A DNA stretch of 62,900 nucleotides, the filler included, from Octopus bimaculoides (Eukaryota): assembly GCF_001194135.2 (NCBI RefSeq). It is 3 parts of 3 records of this genome, joined end to end, with 100 filler letters (N's around TTAATTAATTAA, not from the genome) between each part and the next. Parts side by side here need not be neighbours in the genome. Positions count along the whole stretch, not along the records: positions 43,206 to 62,900 come from NC_068983.1; 2 more parts are not named here. One strand, given 5' to 3'. Under the pieces are notes generated by a model. It worked only from the letters and a program-made list of their open reading frames with translations. It ran no database searches and was not told where the DNA came from. A program made the position numbers and the translations under genes. Numbering within the stretch: the first letter of the stretch is position 1; every line of letters begins with the position of its first letter. Below, one piece after another: positions 48,011 through 59,418 of the stretch.

Positions 48011-49308
48011 CCTAAGCGCTGCAAACTCTGAATTTTGGGCCTCCAATCATGTTTTACGTAATACCCTTAAATACAGGAACCCATCAGCATCCCCACGTAA
48101 GTACACGTACGGGCGAATCTGTATTGTATTATCCCATTTGTTATGTCTGAAGCTACTGCTATCTAGCGCCTTCGGATGATCTCTACTCAACCGCTACACA
48201 GCTGCTACTCGACTGCTACTCAATACTCCTACCACGGCCAGACTACCTCTATTTATATGTCTTGGGAGAGCATACTACTTCGCCTGGGGGCGTCGACACA
48301 AGACATTCTTTCACGCTAAAGATTCAAGTTTTCAATAATAACCTAATATATCCTTATGCGTAATATGAGATTTGAGGAAAACACAGCTGTCCTATTTGCC
48401 AGGATCGAGCGTAACCTTTTTCAGAAGGCCAAGTTATTAAAGCTGATGTTGTTTTAGTCTACAATGCATATCATATCGCACTTAGAAGGGGAAGAATATC
48501 ATTACATAAATGTCAGATATGGTTTTCTTCCTAAATGGAGGATATTTTTCTTTCTTGAGATTTTATACATTGGTAATTATGTAATCTATAGGTTAATTGA
48601 AAAAATATAGGTTAAAAATGCAGAGAACATAAATTCGATATTGATTTATATATTTAAGTATTCAGATCTTCCATGTTTAAGCTATCCTAAAATATGAAGA
48701 TATTTACATATCTTCAAATATGAACAGATATTACAAAAGGAGAAGAAACAAAATATTTGATTATCTTCAAAGCGAAACTCATCTAACTCACGATTCGGAA
48801 TAGAGACGACTAACACTTAGAACAAAAAATAAACCTAAATTATGGTAATATGTGAATAAATGATTCGGATAACAGAGTTCAATAATTCTAGATTAATTTT
48901 CAAAAGAAGCCAATTTGATTAAATGATATTTTAAGATTGTAACCAGTTAGCGACAGCGTTTGATGCTACATTAGATAAGTATACATATTATAACTTATAT
49001 GTCTCTGTTTCGATGTAATTCTATTTATTATTAGATATATTACTTGATATAAAAATATATCACTATGCATGCATTCAGATAAATATATTAATGCAAGCAG
49101 GTTTCTTAAGAGTCAATATCATTCAATATTTACTTCTATGAAATGAATAAGCCGCATTTATATATGTAGACACACACACAAACAGACACAAACTCTCACA
49201 CATACACATACATATTCATTCTTAAACATTTATTTCTCCATATGTGTCTGTGCTTATAAGCACAAATATACATATATCTACATATTTACACACACACACA
49301 CATATATA

Positions 49309-49372
<64 letters not shown>

Positions 49373-49373
49373 T

Positions 49374-49428
<55 letters not shown>

Positions 49429-50149
49429 TATACGTATACATATATAAATACACACTCGCTACATATATATCTACACACACACACACATATATATTTCTAC
49501 TTATATACAATGTCTTCCACAATCTCGGACAAATCTTCCAAGGTTTATAGAAATTATCTTAATGACTATAAATCATTTATCTAGTCAGGTTGATCGAAGA
49601 TCACTGAACTACGTAGATAGCATCATCCTGTAATACAAACTATATAACAGAGTAAGCGCCTAAGTAAATATCATTAACGTTTGCCGATCAATTCTGCAAA
49701 CTTATTTAAATATATTATTTTTGAATCACCCGCATCCCATATTACGGATACTTAGTAACTTTCTAATGACACAATATCATTGAAATCTATAGAAATGTAT
49801 TCTTACGAAATAAGACAGAATTAACTGTACTGAAATATACAGGAATATTATTGAAGGTAACTCATATGTAATAAGTTCGTAACGGGTAAGGATTTATAGA
49901 TCCAGAGTATTTCGCGAGTTAAAAATTCACTTGAAAACTATCTGAATTTTTAGTTACATTTTTCAACGCATTACTGGTATGAGTATCAATTGAGAAGACG
50001 TGCGGAATACGGCTTTACTCGGATTCACTTTGTTTCACTTGTCACCAGTACTCAACGTATGATTGACAGAGTTATAGGTGATCGTCGTTACATACTGTAT
50101 ACGTTGATGTCATACTCTCCTCTTTCGATTGTGTTTCAGAGATTGTGAT

Positions 50150-50480
50150 CCTTTCTAATGACTTGTTTATCAATTCCACGAAATTTTATGTCCGTTTTTC
50201 TTTTTTTCGTTAGTTCATTCATGTCTCCCTCTGCTTGCCCCACCAACCCCCATTTTTCCATCTGTCCCACTTCGTTGAAAAAAGAGTTTGGCAAGTCCAC
50301 TGGAAGATTTTATATAGATGTTACGTTCTAGCATTCATTATTTAAATGTTGTGAGAAAGTTGTAACGAGTGTCTCTATGGTCATGCATGTTTCCGCATAG
50401 CTGGTCATTTGTGATGTAATTCAATGATTTACGAGAACACCTCATTTCGAACACCTGCAACTCTCTCCATACTCCTAGTA
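50150..50480 (-). mobile_element. Old RTE-like LINE 3' remnant
   Basis: Minus strand RELQVFEMRCSRK (AFEMWCYRR-like) and SSGLAKLFF; very decayed. Confidence 0.35.
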
Positions 50481-51999
50481 TGGAATGTGTGCAGAAAATA
50501 AAGAGTCCTAGCACAAGCCCGGGAATATTGTTGGCCTTCTTGCTGTTGATTTTATATTTGCTTTTATGATGTACTTGTCATTCTATGTAAATGATCATTT
50601 GAAGTTTTGACTCTCATTAGAGGTGGGTGACTGATTACACTGATAATATCTGTCTATAGATGTCTAGCTCACTTTAGAAATTCATTGAAAATTACAGAAG
50701 ATCGTTGTTAGAGATGCACTCCGAAATAGTGCTATCAGGATGTCAGCTTTGTTTCCCAAAATCTGAAAAACAAACATTCATCTCATTACTGAAATAGACA
50801 TTATAATACAATAATAATATGGATGCAAATTTCTCGAAAAAATACTTACGAGTAATTTAATTATATATATATATATATATAGATAGATAGATATACAAGA
50901 ATAAGGGCAGGGAATCGTCAATTAATAATAGAATTAATAATTAACAATTTTGCCAAGTAGTTCAGTATGAAAAAACCTTTATCGGTAAAACCAGTTATCA
51001 TCATAAATATACAGCATTGAGTTGCTTCTCCAACATACTGAAAATTTAGAAATAGCAGTCAAAGAACTACTGATTCTAAACTACAAATTTTTATGGCACA
51101 CATGGGATGCCTGAACTCACTAGCCGATGAATTCGTAAGTGCCTTTCTTATCGTTGATTTTTGGTGTCGCATGGCCAAAAATTACCGTGAATTTTTTTTA
51201 GAGACACTTTCAAATTTATNNNNNNNNNNNNNNNNNNNNNNNNNNNNNNNNNNNNNNNNNNNNNNNNNNNNNNNNNNNNNNNNNNNNNNNNNNNNNNNNN
51301 NNNNNNNNNNNNNNNNNNNNNNNNNNNNNNNNNNNNNNNNNNNNNNNNNNNNNNNNNNNNNNNNNNNNNNNNNNNNNNNNNNNNNNNNNNNNNNNNNNNN
51401 NNNNNNNNNNNNNNNNNNNNNNNNNNNNNNNNNNNNNNNNNNNNNNNNNNNNNNNNNNNNNNNNNNNNNNNNNNNNNNNNNNNNNNNNNNNNNNNNNNNN
51501 NNNNNNNNNNNNNNNNNNNNNNNNNNNNNNNNNNNNNNNNNNNNNNNNNNNNNNNNNNNNNNNNNNNNNNNNNNNNNNNNNNNNNNNNNNNNNNNNNNNN
51601 NNNNNNNNNNNNNNNNNNNNNNNNNNNNNNNNNNNNNNNNNNNNNNNNNNNNNNNNNNNNNNNNNNNNNNNNNNNNNNNNNNNNNNNNNNNNNNNNNNNN
51701 NNNNNNNNNNNNNNNNNNNNNNNNNNNNNNNNNNNNNNNNNNNNNNNNNNNNNNNNNNNNNNNNNNNNNNNNNNNNNNNNNNNNNNNNNNNNNNNNNNNN
51801 NNNNNNNNNNNNNNNNNNNNNNNNNNNNNNNNNNNNNNNNNNNNNNNNNNNNNNNNNNNNNNNNNNNNNNNNNNNNNNNNNNNNNNNNNNNNNNNNNNNN
51901 NNNNNNNNNNNNNNNNNNNNNNNNNNNNNNNNNNNNNNNNNNNNNNNNNNNNNNNNNNNNNNNNNNNNNNNNNNNNNNNNATATATATATGCATACATA

Positions 52000-52410
52000 T
52001 CCTTTTATTCTTTTACTTGTTTCAGTCATCTGACTGTGGCCATGCTGGACCACTACCTCTAGTCGTAGACATCGACCCCAGGACTTGTTCTTTGTAATTC
52101 TAGTACTTAATCTACCCATATCGTTTGCCGAACGGCTAAGTTACAGGGATGTAAACACGCTAACATCGGTTGTAAAGTGATGGTAGGGGGACAAACAGAC
52201 ATACAAATGCATACACACATTCATACACAAACACACACATATATACACATATATATGGACTGGCTTGTATCAGTTTCCTTCTACAAAATTCACTCAGAAG
52301 GATTTGGTGGGCCCAAGGCGATAGAAGAAAACACTTCGCCAAGGTGCTACGCAGTGGGACTGAACCCGGAACAATCTGGTTGTGAAGCAAGCTTCTTACC
52401 ACACACTCCC
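52000..52410 (-). mobile_element. SINE family B
   Basis: Same tail, microsatellite and head order as the 45115 copy, more diverged. Confidence 0.85.
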
Positions 52411-53319
52411 ACCTCTGCTCATATATATATATTTTGTATAAGATTAACTGGCCTGTCAACAACCTTGGACTAAAGTAATAAATATAGAAGCGAAATCACA
52501 CCCAATCATTTTAAGAAAAGCAAACGGAACTTTGAATAATATGACCCGAAAGACATTCTATAAACTTGATTGTCATTACTTCCTTCACAAAAGCCTGGTT
52601 GCAGAGCATTGGAAGTGTGGATGAAAAGGAACAACTAAAACACTTTATATCTAGTATAACACTGGAAAAACAAAGCACTTAACTAATGCAATATCATTTT
52701 TCTCTGTAATATATTCATATACCTGAGCATAACTTGTCTGAATTTATTTCAGAAAAATATATAGAAAATAAGTCATCAATAGTTTATGCGTAGCATAGTG
52801 GGTAAAAAACAAAACAAAACAAAATCCTCACGGTAAAGGATTGAAGGAAACAGAAAAGAAAAATATATTAATTTTATAATATATGTAAATGAGTTGTTTA
52901 TATGTGTGTAACGGTTCAATATGTGTAGTCTAGTTAATGTTGCAGGAATATGTTCTTTCTGTGTTGAATATTTAAAATGTTTTCCATAAACAAGTTGATA
53001 CCTATAATTCTATTCCTTTCTAGAATGGATTGAAACAATCATATAAATCTCATACTGCTGTTTCTCCTTTTTTTTTTTTTTTTTTTCTGGACGTCATATA
53101 TATTTATATACGTAAATATAATATATTGTAGTTTGGGTAAACATTGGCATATGAAAAAATAAACAAAATTTATCAGCTACATTCGTCTTCATTGTAGACA
53201 GAGATCATGATTTATTTGAAAATGATAGAAATGTAATTCAGGTTCCAGACTTTTTCCTATCGAGCCAAGAAGTAGTAAACAACTATGTCAGCATCTTGTG
53301 AAAATTTCGTTGCACTTAC

Positions 53320-53433
53320 GTGCCAAATTGTCTAGTCTTTGAAACCATTTATTTTCAAAATCTGTTGGAGTCATTCCAAAGGAAATCAAGTTAGAATCCT
53401 TAAAATTCACTATCATTATCAAACTGACATTCT
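53320..53433 (-). CDS. Candidate coding exon (phase 1/1) of an unidentified minus-strand gene
   Basis: Donor C|gtaagt; open frame ENVSLIMIVNFKDSNLISFGMTPTDFENKWFQRLDNLA; acceptor is an uncommon GAG (alternative tttaag| at 53398, phase 0). Confidence 0.4.
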
Positions 53434-53939
53434 CTCAAATATATAAAGTTTGATGGCGTAACGTTTAATAACATATTCTTACATTTCTTTACGATTTATG
53501 TGAATATTTGGCGTGTGCATTTGTATATTATGCATCGAAAAATAGTATTTACTTAGTATTTTAGATATTCGATTTTATAATATAACTGTTTCATCTTTGT
53601 GTATTAATACATATAGAAAATAAACTGTATTTTTATACATAAATTTTCGCGTGTGAAGATGTGGTAAATACATTGATTGTATGAAACATATAGACAACAG
53701 TAATCCCCATAAACAATGCAATGCCTTAATTTTTCTTTCCAATTCATTTTTTTTAAAGTGTGTAAGCAAGAAATTAATTTAATTATATGGAATGATTAAT
53801 TCTCTATCCACATGGTGACTAATAAGGGATGTAATAAACTAATAATATTTATAATCTATAACAACGTTTCAATGTGCACGGAGTAGTAATGGTACATTTT
53901 ATTAAAAGTAGTTCAATGAACAGGCGCAGTCATGACGTT

Positions 53940-54085
53940 GGCGCAGTCTGACGTATGCTTCCCAAACACATAGGTCTAGGTTTCAGTCCCACTGCGTGGC
54001 ACCTTGGGAAAGTATCTTCTTCATTAACCTCGGGCTGACCAAACTTTGTGAGTGGATTTGTAAGACAGAAACTGAAAGAAGCATA
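53940..54085 (+). mobile_element. SINE family B head only
   Basis: tttcagtcccactgcgtggcaccttggg...gtgagtggatttg...gaaactgaaagaagc; truncated next to the mariner fragment. Confidence 0.8.
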
Positions 54086-54104
54086 TATATATGTAAATAC
54101 CCAA

Positions 54105-54579
54105 ATTTTCAGTGATAATGGACTGAACTGAACCGTAACTCCTCTGATAACTCACGGATGGTGATTCGACGATTTTCTCTCACAGCTACATGCACATCTG
54201 CGATGTCTTCCTCAGTTCTGCAGGGTTGCGGGTCTCCCAGAACGTTCTTCAATATCGACATATTTTCCGCCTTTCTTGGAAACAACTGAACCCCTCGTAC
54301 ACTTGCTCGAGGGTCATACATTCTTCTCCATACACTTTCTGCAACTATGTGTAGGCCTCTCAAAAGGTATTGCCATGACAACTTACTGTGACATGGTTAA
54401 TACGACGATCAGACGCTACAGACCTTCTTTTACAGCACTGCTTAAACCGGCAGGAGTGAGCTAGAACGTTAAATCTTAGTGCGCATGCACAACAGAGTTC
54501 ATGATGAATCTGTGCACAGCAGTTTTACTCTGCGTGCTTTAGTATTGCAGAAGTCCGGATACATATTGATCAGACATCA
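54105..54579 (-). mobile_element. Mariner 5' end (TIR + HTH region)
   Basis: TA|TGATGTCTGATCAATATGTATCCGGACT TIR; LQKVYGEECM; RSGRP; VHVAVRENRRITIRELSEEL. Confidence 0.85.
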
Positions 54580-54736
54580 TATATACAGAAGTTGTTATTT
54601 TACCAACTTTTAGCTTCTTCCAAAATGTCGGAAAATGTGCAAATGAATTTCAAAGTATAAAAGCAAATACAGACGGAAAGTTTAATGAGAAAGAAAATAC
54701 AAAATAAAAAATGCTTCTAAAATTCATCAAACTCAC

Positions 54737-54823
54737 CATGTTGTCTAAAGTAGTTTATTTCATAAATGTCTAACTCGTTCAAACAGGAAATTGTGAATGT
54801 AGAAAAATACTCACTAGCACTAC
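54737..54823 (-). CDS. Candidate coding exon (phase 1/1, 87 nt) of the minus-strand gene
   Basis: Acceptor atatatttag|G, strong donor G|gtgagt; GSASEYFSTFTISCLNELDIYEINYFRQH. Confidence 0.5.
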
Positions 54824-55460
54824 CTAAATATATATGTATATATATACATATACATGAAGCAAATAATTTACACTTTTATAAATGTAATCGACAACCAGTG
54901 AAATGCAAGAATGTAAGTTTCCAATATCTTTGTGTTGAATTCAATTACCTTAGTATTCAATATTGTTTTACTTAATATTGCACAATATATTGAAGTGAAT
55001 CTCCACAATGTACATTTCCGTTAACTCTTGTTGAAACATAGTTTTGTAACACGGCATGTAGAAGTGTATTAGTCTTAGCAAACAAGTCATTGATATATTT
55101 TGTTGGAATTGTGTTTTCTGCAGAGAATATACAGTGTAATCTGAAGCTTGAAATTCTTATATATTATGCGTGAATGGAAAACATATGAATATCCTTTTCT
55201 AATCGTATGTGATACACGAGATTACAGAAAATGAGGTTTGCTTTTAGTAATACAGAGACAGATGTTTGGAAAGCCTCCCAAATGAATGACGTCCTTCAGA
55301 TTTCTCGGATCAAATAATATATCGGTTTGACAAATTTATTCATGAAATATAACATGATATACTGCAATATTATGGGTCATTCCCAAAAGAAAGAAAAAAA
55401 GAATTCTCTAATAAATAAGTACGAGTCGCTGCTTACCTTTTCCATAATGCCGTCTCCTTT

Positions 55461-55670
55461 AGCGCGGTAAGCTGACATGTCGGACAAAATGCTTTGCTTC
55501 ATCCCGTCCATCTTTACATTATGAGTTCAAATTATACCGAGGTCGACTGTACCTTCCATCCTTTCCCGCTCGATAAAATAAGTACCAGTTTAGCATTGGG
55601 GTCGATGTGATCGAATCACCCCTTCCGCTAAAATTTCTGGCCTTGTGTAAACATTTGAAACTAATAATAG
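55461..55670 (+). mobile_element. SINE family A (diverged)
   Basis: gagttcaaattataccgaggtcgac...gataaaataagtaccag...ggggtcgatgtgatcga. Confidence 0.8.
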
Positions 55671-55871
55671 TGTTTATCTTGTTATCATTTAAATTCTTTC
55701 CGATTTTAATTGATCTGAGTAGTTTTAATTATAGTTAAAATAAAATTCGGTTTTTATCGCTCAAGGAAAGCATTTATAGTGACATAATATCTAGGTTTCA
55801 ATGGTGGTATTTAAGGCAACGTGTAATGGGATATCGTTCATAATACTTTAAGGATTGTAACGCACACAGAC

Positions 55872-55902
<31 letters not shown>

Positions 55903-56424
55903 NNNNNNNNNNNNNNNNNNNNNNNNNNNNNNNNNNNNNNNNNNNNNNNNNNNNNNNNNNNNNNNNNNNNNNNNNNNNNNNNNNNNNNNNNNNNNNNNNN
56001 NNNNNNNNNNNNNNNNNNNNNNNNNNNNNNNNNNNNNNNNNNNNNNNNNNNNNNNNNNNNNNNNNNNNNNNNNNNNNNNNNNNNNNNNNNNNNNNNNNNN
56101 NNNNNNNNNNNNNNNNNNNNNNNNNNNNNNNNNNNNNNNNNNNNNNNNNNNNNNNNNNNNNNNNNNNNNNNNNNNNNNNNNNNNNNNNNNNNNNNNNNNN
56201 NNNNNNNNNNNNNNNNNNNNNNNNNNNNNNNNNNNNNNNNNNNNNNNNNNNNNNNNNNNNNNNNNNNNNNNNNNNNNNNNNNNNNNNNNNNNNNNNNNNN
56301 NNNNNNNNNNNNNNNNNNNNNNNNNNNNNNNNNNNNNNNNNNNNNNNNNNNNNNNNNNNNNNNNNNNNNNNNNNNNNNNNNNNNNNNNNNNNNNNNNNNN
56401 NTATATATATACACACGTTTGAAA

Positions 56425-56630
56425 GACGGCGGGCTGGTAGAAACGTTAGTACGCCGTGCGAAATACGTAGCAGTATTTCGTCTGTCTTTACGTTGTGAGT
56501 TCAAATTCGGCTGAGGTCGACTTTACTTTTCCTCCTTTTGGAGTCTATAAATTAAGTACCAGTTGTGTACGAGGTCGATGTAATCGACTGTCAACCTCCC
56601 CCAAGATTTTGGGCCTTGGGCTTAGAAAAG
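56425..56630 (+). mobile_element. SINE family A
   Basis: ggcgggctggtagaaacgttagtacgccg...gagttcaaattcggctgaggtcgac...gtcgatgtaatcgac. Confidence 0.88.
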
Positions 56631-57475
56631 AAAAGAATTGCACCATTCAGGCAAAGTGATGAAATTGAGCATGTCCGTATCCATCCTGAGAGCATTTTAT
56701 TCTTTCTTCCTATGTTTCTTTGTCATCCTTGTGTGCCATGAATTATTATAATTAGTTGTTTTGATGTTTAGTTACAGCAATTTCTTGCACTGACTCAGTT
56801 CAGACTGAGATTGTAACACCTGTTTTTAAAACAAGAATCACAGTGAATTTTAAGAAAATGATAGAAGAGACGTGAAACATAATGAAATTCATACTATTAT
56901 TATTAAGGGAAATATGCTTAGGAAAATATTTTCAACGGTGGACAAAATCCACATTCATTGAGTCATCGCGTTGGGGATTATTTCAACTACGACATTCAAC
57001 TACAGAATTAAAAATATGTTCTTTTCAAAATGTAACTTTTTTCCGCTCTTAATTATTAACAAACATGAGAAATAAAGGAAAAAATACATCAGTTTTTGCA
57101 ATCGGAAAAATTATTGTCCGCACATCCAATTGATTTCTGTGATAATGACAAGTGAGAACACGAGACGGGCATGCATAAGTGATTTAGAATAATAAAGAGT
57201 TACAGTAAATGGGAAATAATGCTGTGATTTGATGCCCAAGTTGACAAATTAATCAACAGTAACAATATAAGTGACAGCTCTATACTAATCAGATTTTAAG
57301 TTAGTAATGTGTAATGAAATTTCTAATGATTACCACTGCTGCATTCGATTGACGTGCCGAAAGACATGGGGACATTCTATGATTATATATTGGTTATTTA
57401 ATTAATTACAAATGTGAATAGACCATCACTGTTATAAATTAAATTCAGTTGGAAGCGATGATAATTGATTGACAG

Positions 57476-57601
57476 ATATGAAATCATGTATAATGTTATT
57501 GCTGAAAGGGGGATTAATGGAAATAATCAGGAATTTCTAAATCTGGAGATATTTCGCTACATCTATCGATTTCTTGCCACATTTAGTGCCTGTTATGCTT
57601 G
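57476..57601 (+). CDS. Possible isolated coding exon (phase 2/2, 126 nt)
   Basis: Acceptor gattgacag|, donor TG|gtatga; YEIMYNVIAERGINGNNQEFLNLEIFRYIYRFLATFSACYA; no convincing partner exons. Confidence 0.3.
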
Positions 57602-58909
57602 GTATGATGTAGTTTGACAAGTATATGTATATGTATGCATATATAGACACACATGCACGCGAGCATATATATATATATATATATATANNNNNNNNNNNNN
57701 NNNNNNNNNNNNNNNNNNNNNNNNNNNNNNNNNNNNNNNNNNNNNNNNNNNNNNNNNNNNNNNNNNNNNNNNNNNNNNNNNNNNNNNNNNNNNNNNNNNN
57801 NNNNNNNNNNNNNNNNNNNNNNNNNNNNNNNNNNNNNNNNNNNNNNNNNNNNNNNNNNNNNNNNNNNNNNNNNNNNNNNNNNNNNNNNNNNNNNNNNNNN
57901 NNNNNNNNNNNNNNNNNNNNNNNNNNNNNNNNNNNNNNNNNNNNNNNNNNNNNNNNNNNNNNNNNNNNNNNNNNNNNNNNNNNNNNNNNNNNNNNNNNNN
58001 NNNNNNNNNNNNNNNNNNNNNNNNNNNNNNNNNNNNNNNNNNNNNNNNNNNNNNNNNNNNNNNNNNNNNNNNNNNNNNNNNNNNNNNNNNNNNNNNNNNN
58101 NNNNNNNNNNNNNNNNNNNNNNNNNNNNNNNNNNNNNNNNNNNNNNNNNNNNNNNNNNNNNNNNNNNNNNNNNNNNNNNNNNNNNNNNNNNNNNNNNNNN
58201 NNNNNNNNNNNNNNNNNNNNNNNNNNNNNNNNTATATATATATATATATATATATTTATGCATACACACATATATATATATGCACAGCTTTAAATACATG
58301 TGCTTGTGTGGTTGTGTGTTAGTACTAGTGAATGTGTGTGCGCGCGCGTGCATGTGTGATAAGACTTCACTTATTGTCCTGGAATATTAATCATTAGTTA
58401 ATGCATCCGCCAATTGATACAAATCCGTAGGGTACACAATTATAACTGCATAATGAATACATTTTTTCTCTGACAGGAAACTAATTTATCACGTTTAAAT
58501 TTACCCCATTTTGTTATTAATAATTTACCTTCGCCAAATCTAAGATATATAAGGCACAATATGTTAAATAACATATTCGGAAATTAATCATATATATATA
58601 TATATATGTGTATTGACATAAAATTGGGAAACCTTAAGAATTTAATATTACAATATATATTTCATGCAGTTATATTTTCGTACGGCCATTGATACCATTT
58701 GTACAGAATATGTTTATTATTCTCTCAATATTATTGCATAATCCAGAAGTATTTTATACCTTTAACAATATATCATGAGGATACGTCTTCTTCGTTTCAA
58801 TAAATTAAGATAGAGGATACATCTAAAATACCTTGATATGGATTTATGTAGCTCCAACTGACCACAATACTATTTCAAGTTGGTAAGTAGTATTTTCACA
58901 TTGAAAGGT

Positions 58910-59110
58910 ATCGAGCTGGCAGAATTGTTAGCATGCCGGGTTAAAACCTTCGCGACATGTTGTCCGTCTACATGGAGTTCAAATTTGGCCGAGTTCGATT
59001 TTGCCTTTCTTCCTATAGAATTCGATGAAATTAATACCAGTTAATTACTGGGGGTTAATGAAACCGAATGTATCTCCTCTAAATATGCTAACCCTTTGTC
59101 AAAATGAAGA
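58910..59110 (+). mobile_element. SINE family A (old)
   Basis: cgagctggcagaattgttagcatgccggg...gagttcaaatttggccgagttcgattttgcc. Confidence 0.75.
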
Positions 59111-59190
59111 AACAATATCTTCACATGGAATCTCTCTTCATACTGAGCAGAATTCGTTTTTATATTGCTGAGAATATACGGGTTTGGTGA

Positions 59191-59418
59191 ATAATTATTG
59201 CGGCTTTTTTTCATCTAATTTTATGCAATAAAAACAATAACAACATGTAACAAATACATCTTTAAATTATTATTCCGGAGCATATTCACTATCTACTTCA
59301 ATTGATGCTTCGCATTTGCTTCGCAGACGGTCAGATCGTCATTTAAAGATGTTTTTGTTAAATATTGTTATTGTTTTTGCTGAATAAAATTTGTTGAAAA
59401 AAATGCCGCAATAATTAT
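59191..59418. repeat. Degenerate inverted repeat (about 77-bp arms), probable hairpin MITE
   Basis: ataattattgcggc...catctttaaat (59191-59267) vs atttaaagatg...gccgcaataattat (59341-59418). Confidence 0.75.

Noticed and set aside
51115-51200. ccgatgaattcg as a mutated hammerhead start
   Set aside because: No stem II partner or GAAA downstream before the gap.
6205-58390. Long ORFs (150-370 aa) in the six-frame track spanning X runs or IY/CV/HT/SL repeats
   Set aside because: They are produced by N gaps and dinucleotide microsatellites, not by coding sequence.
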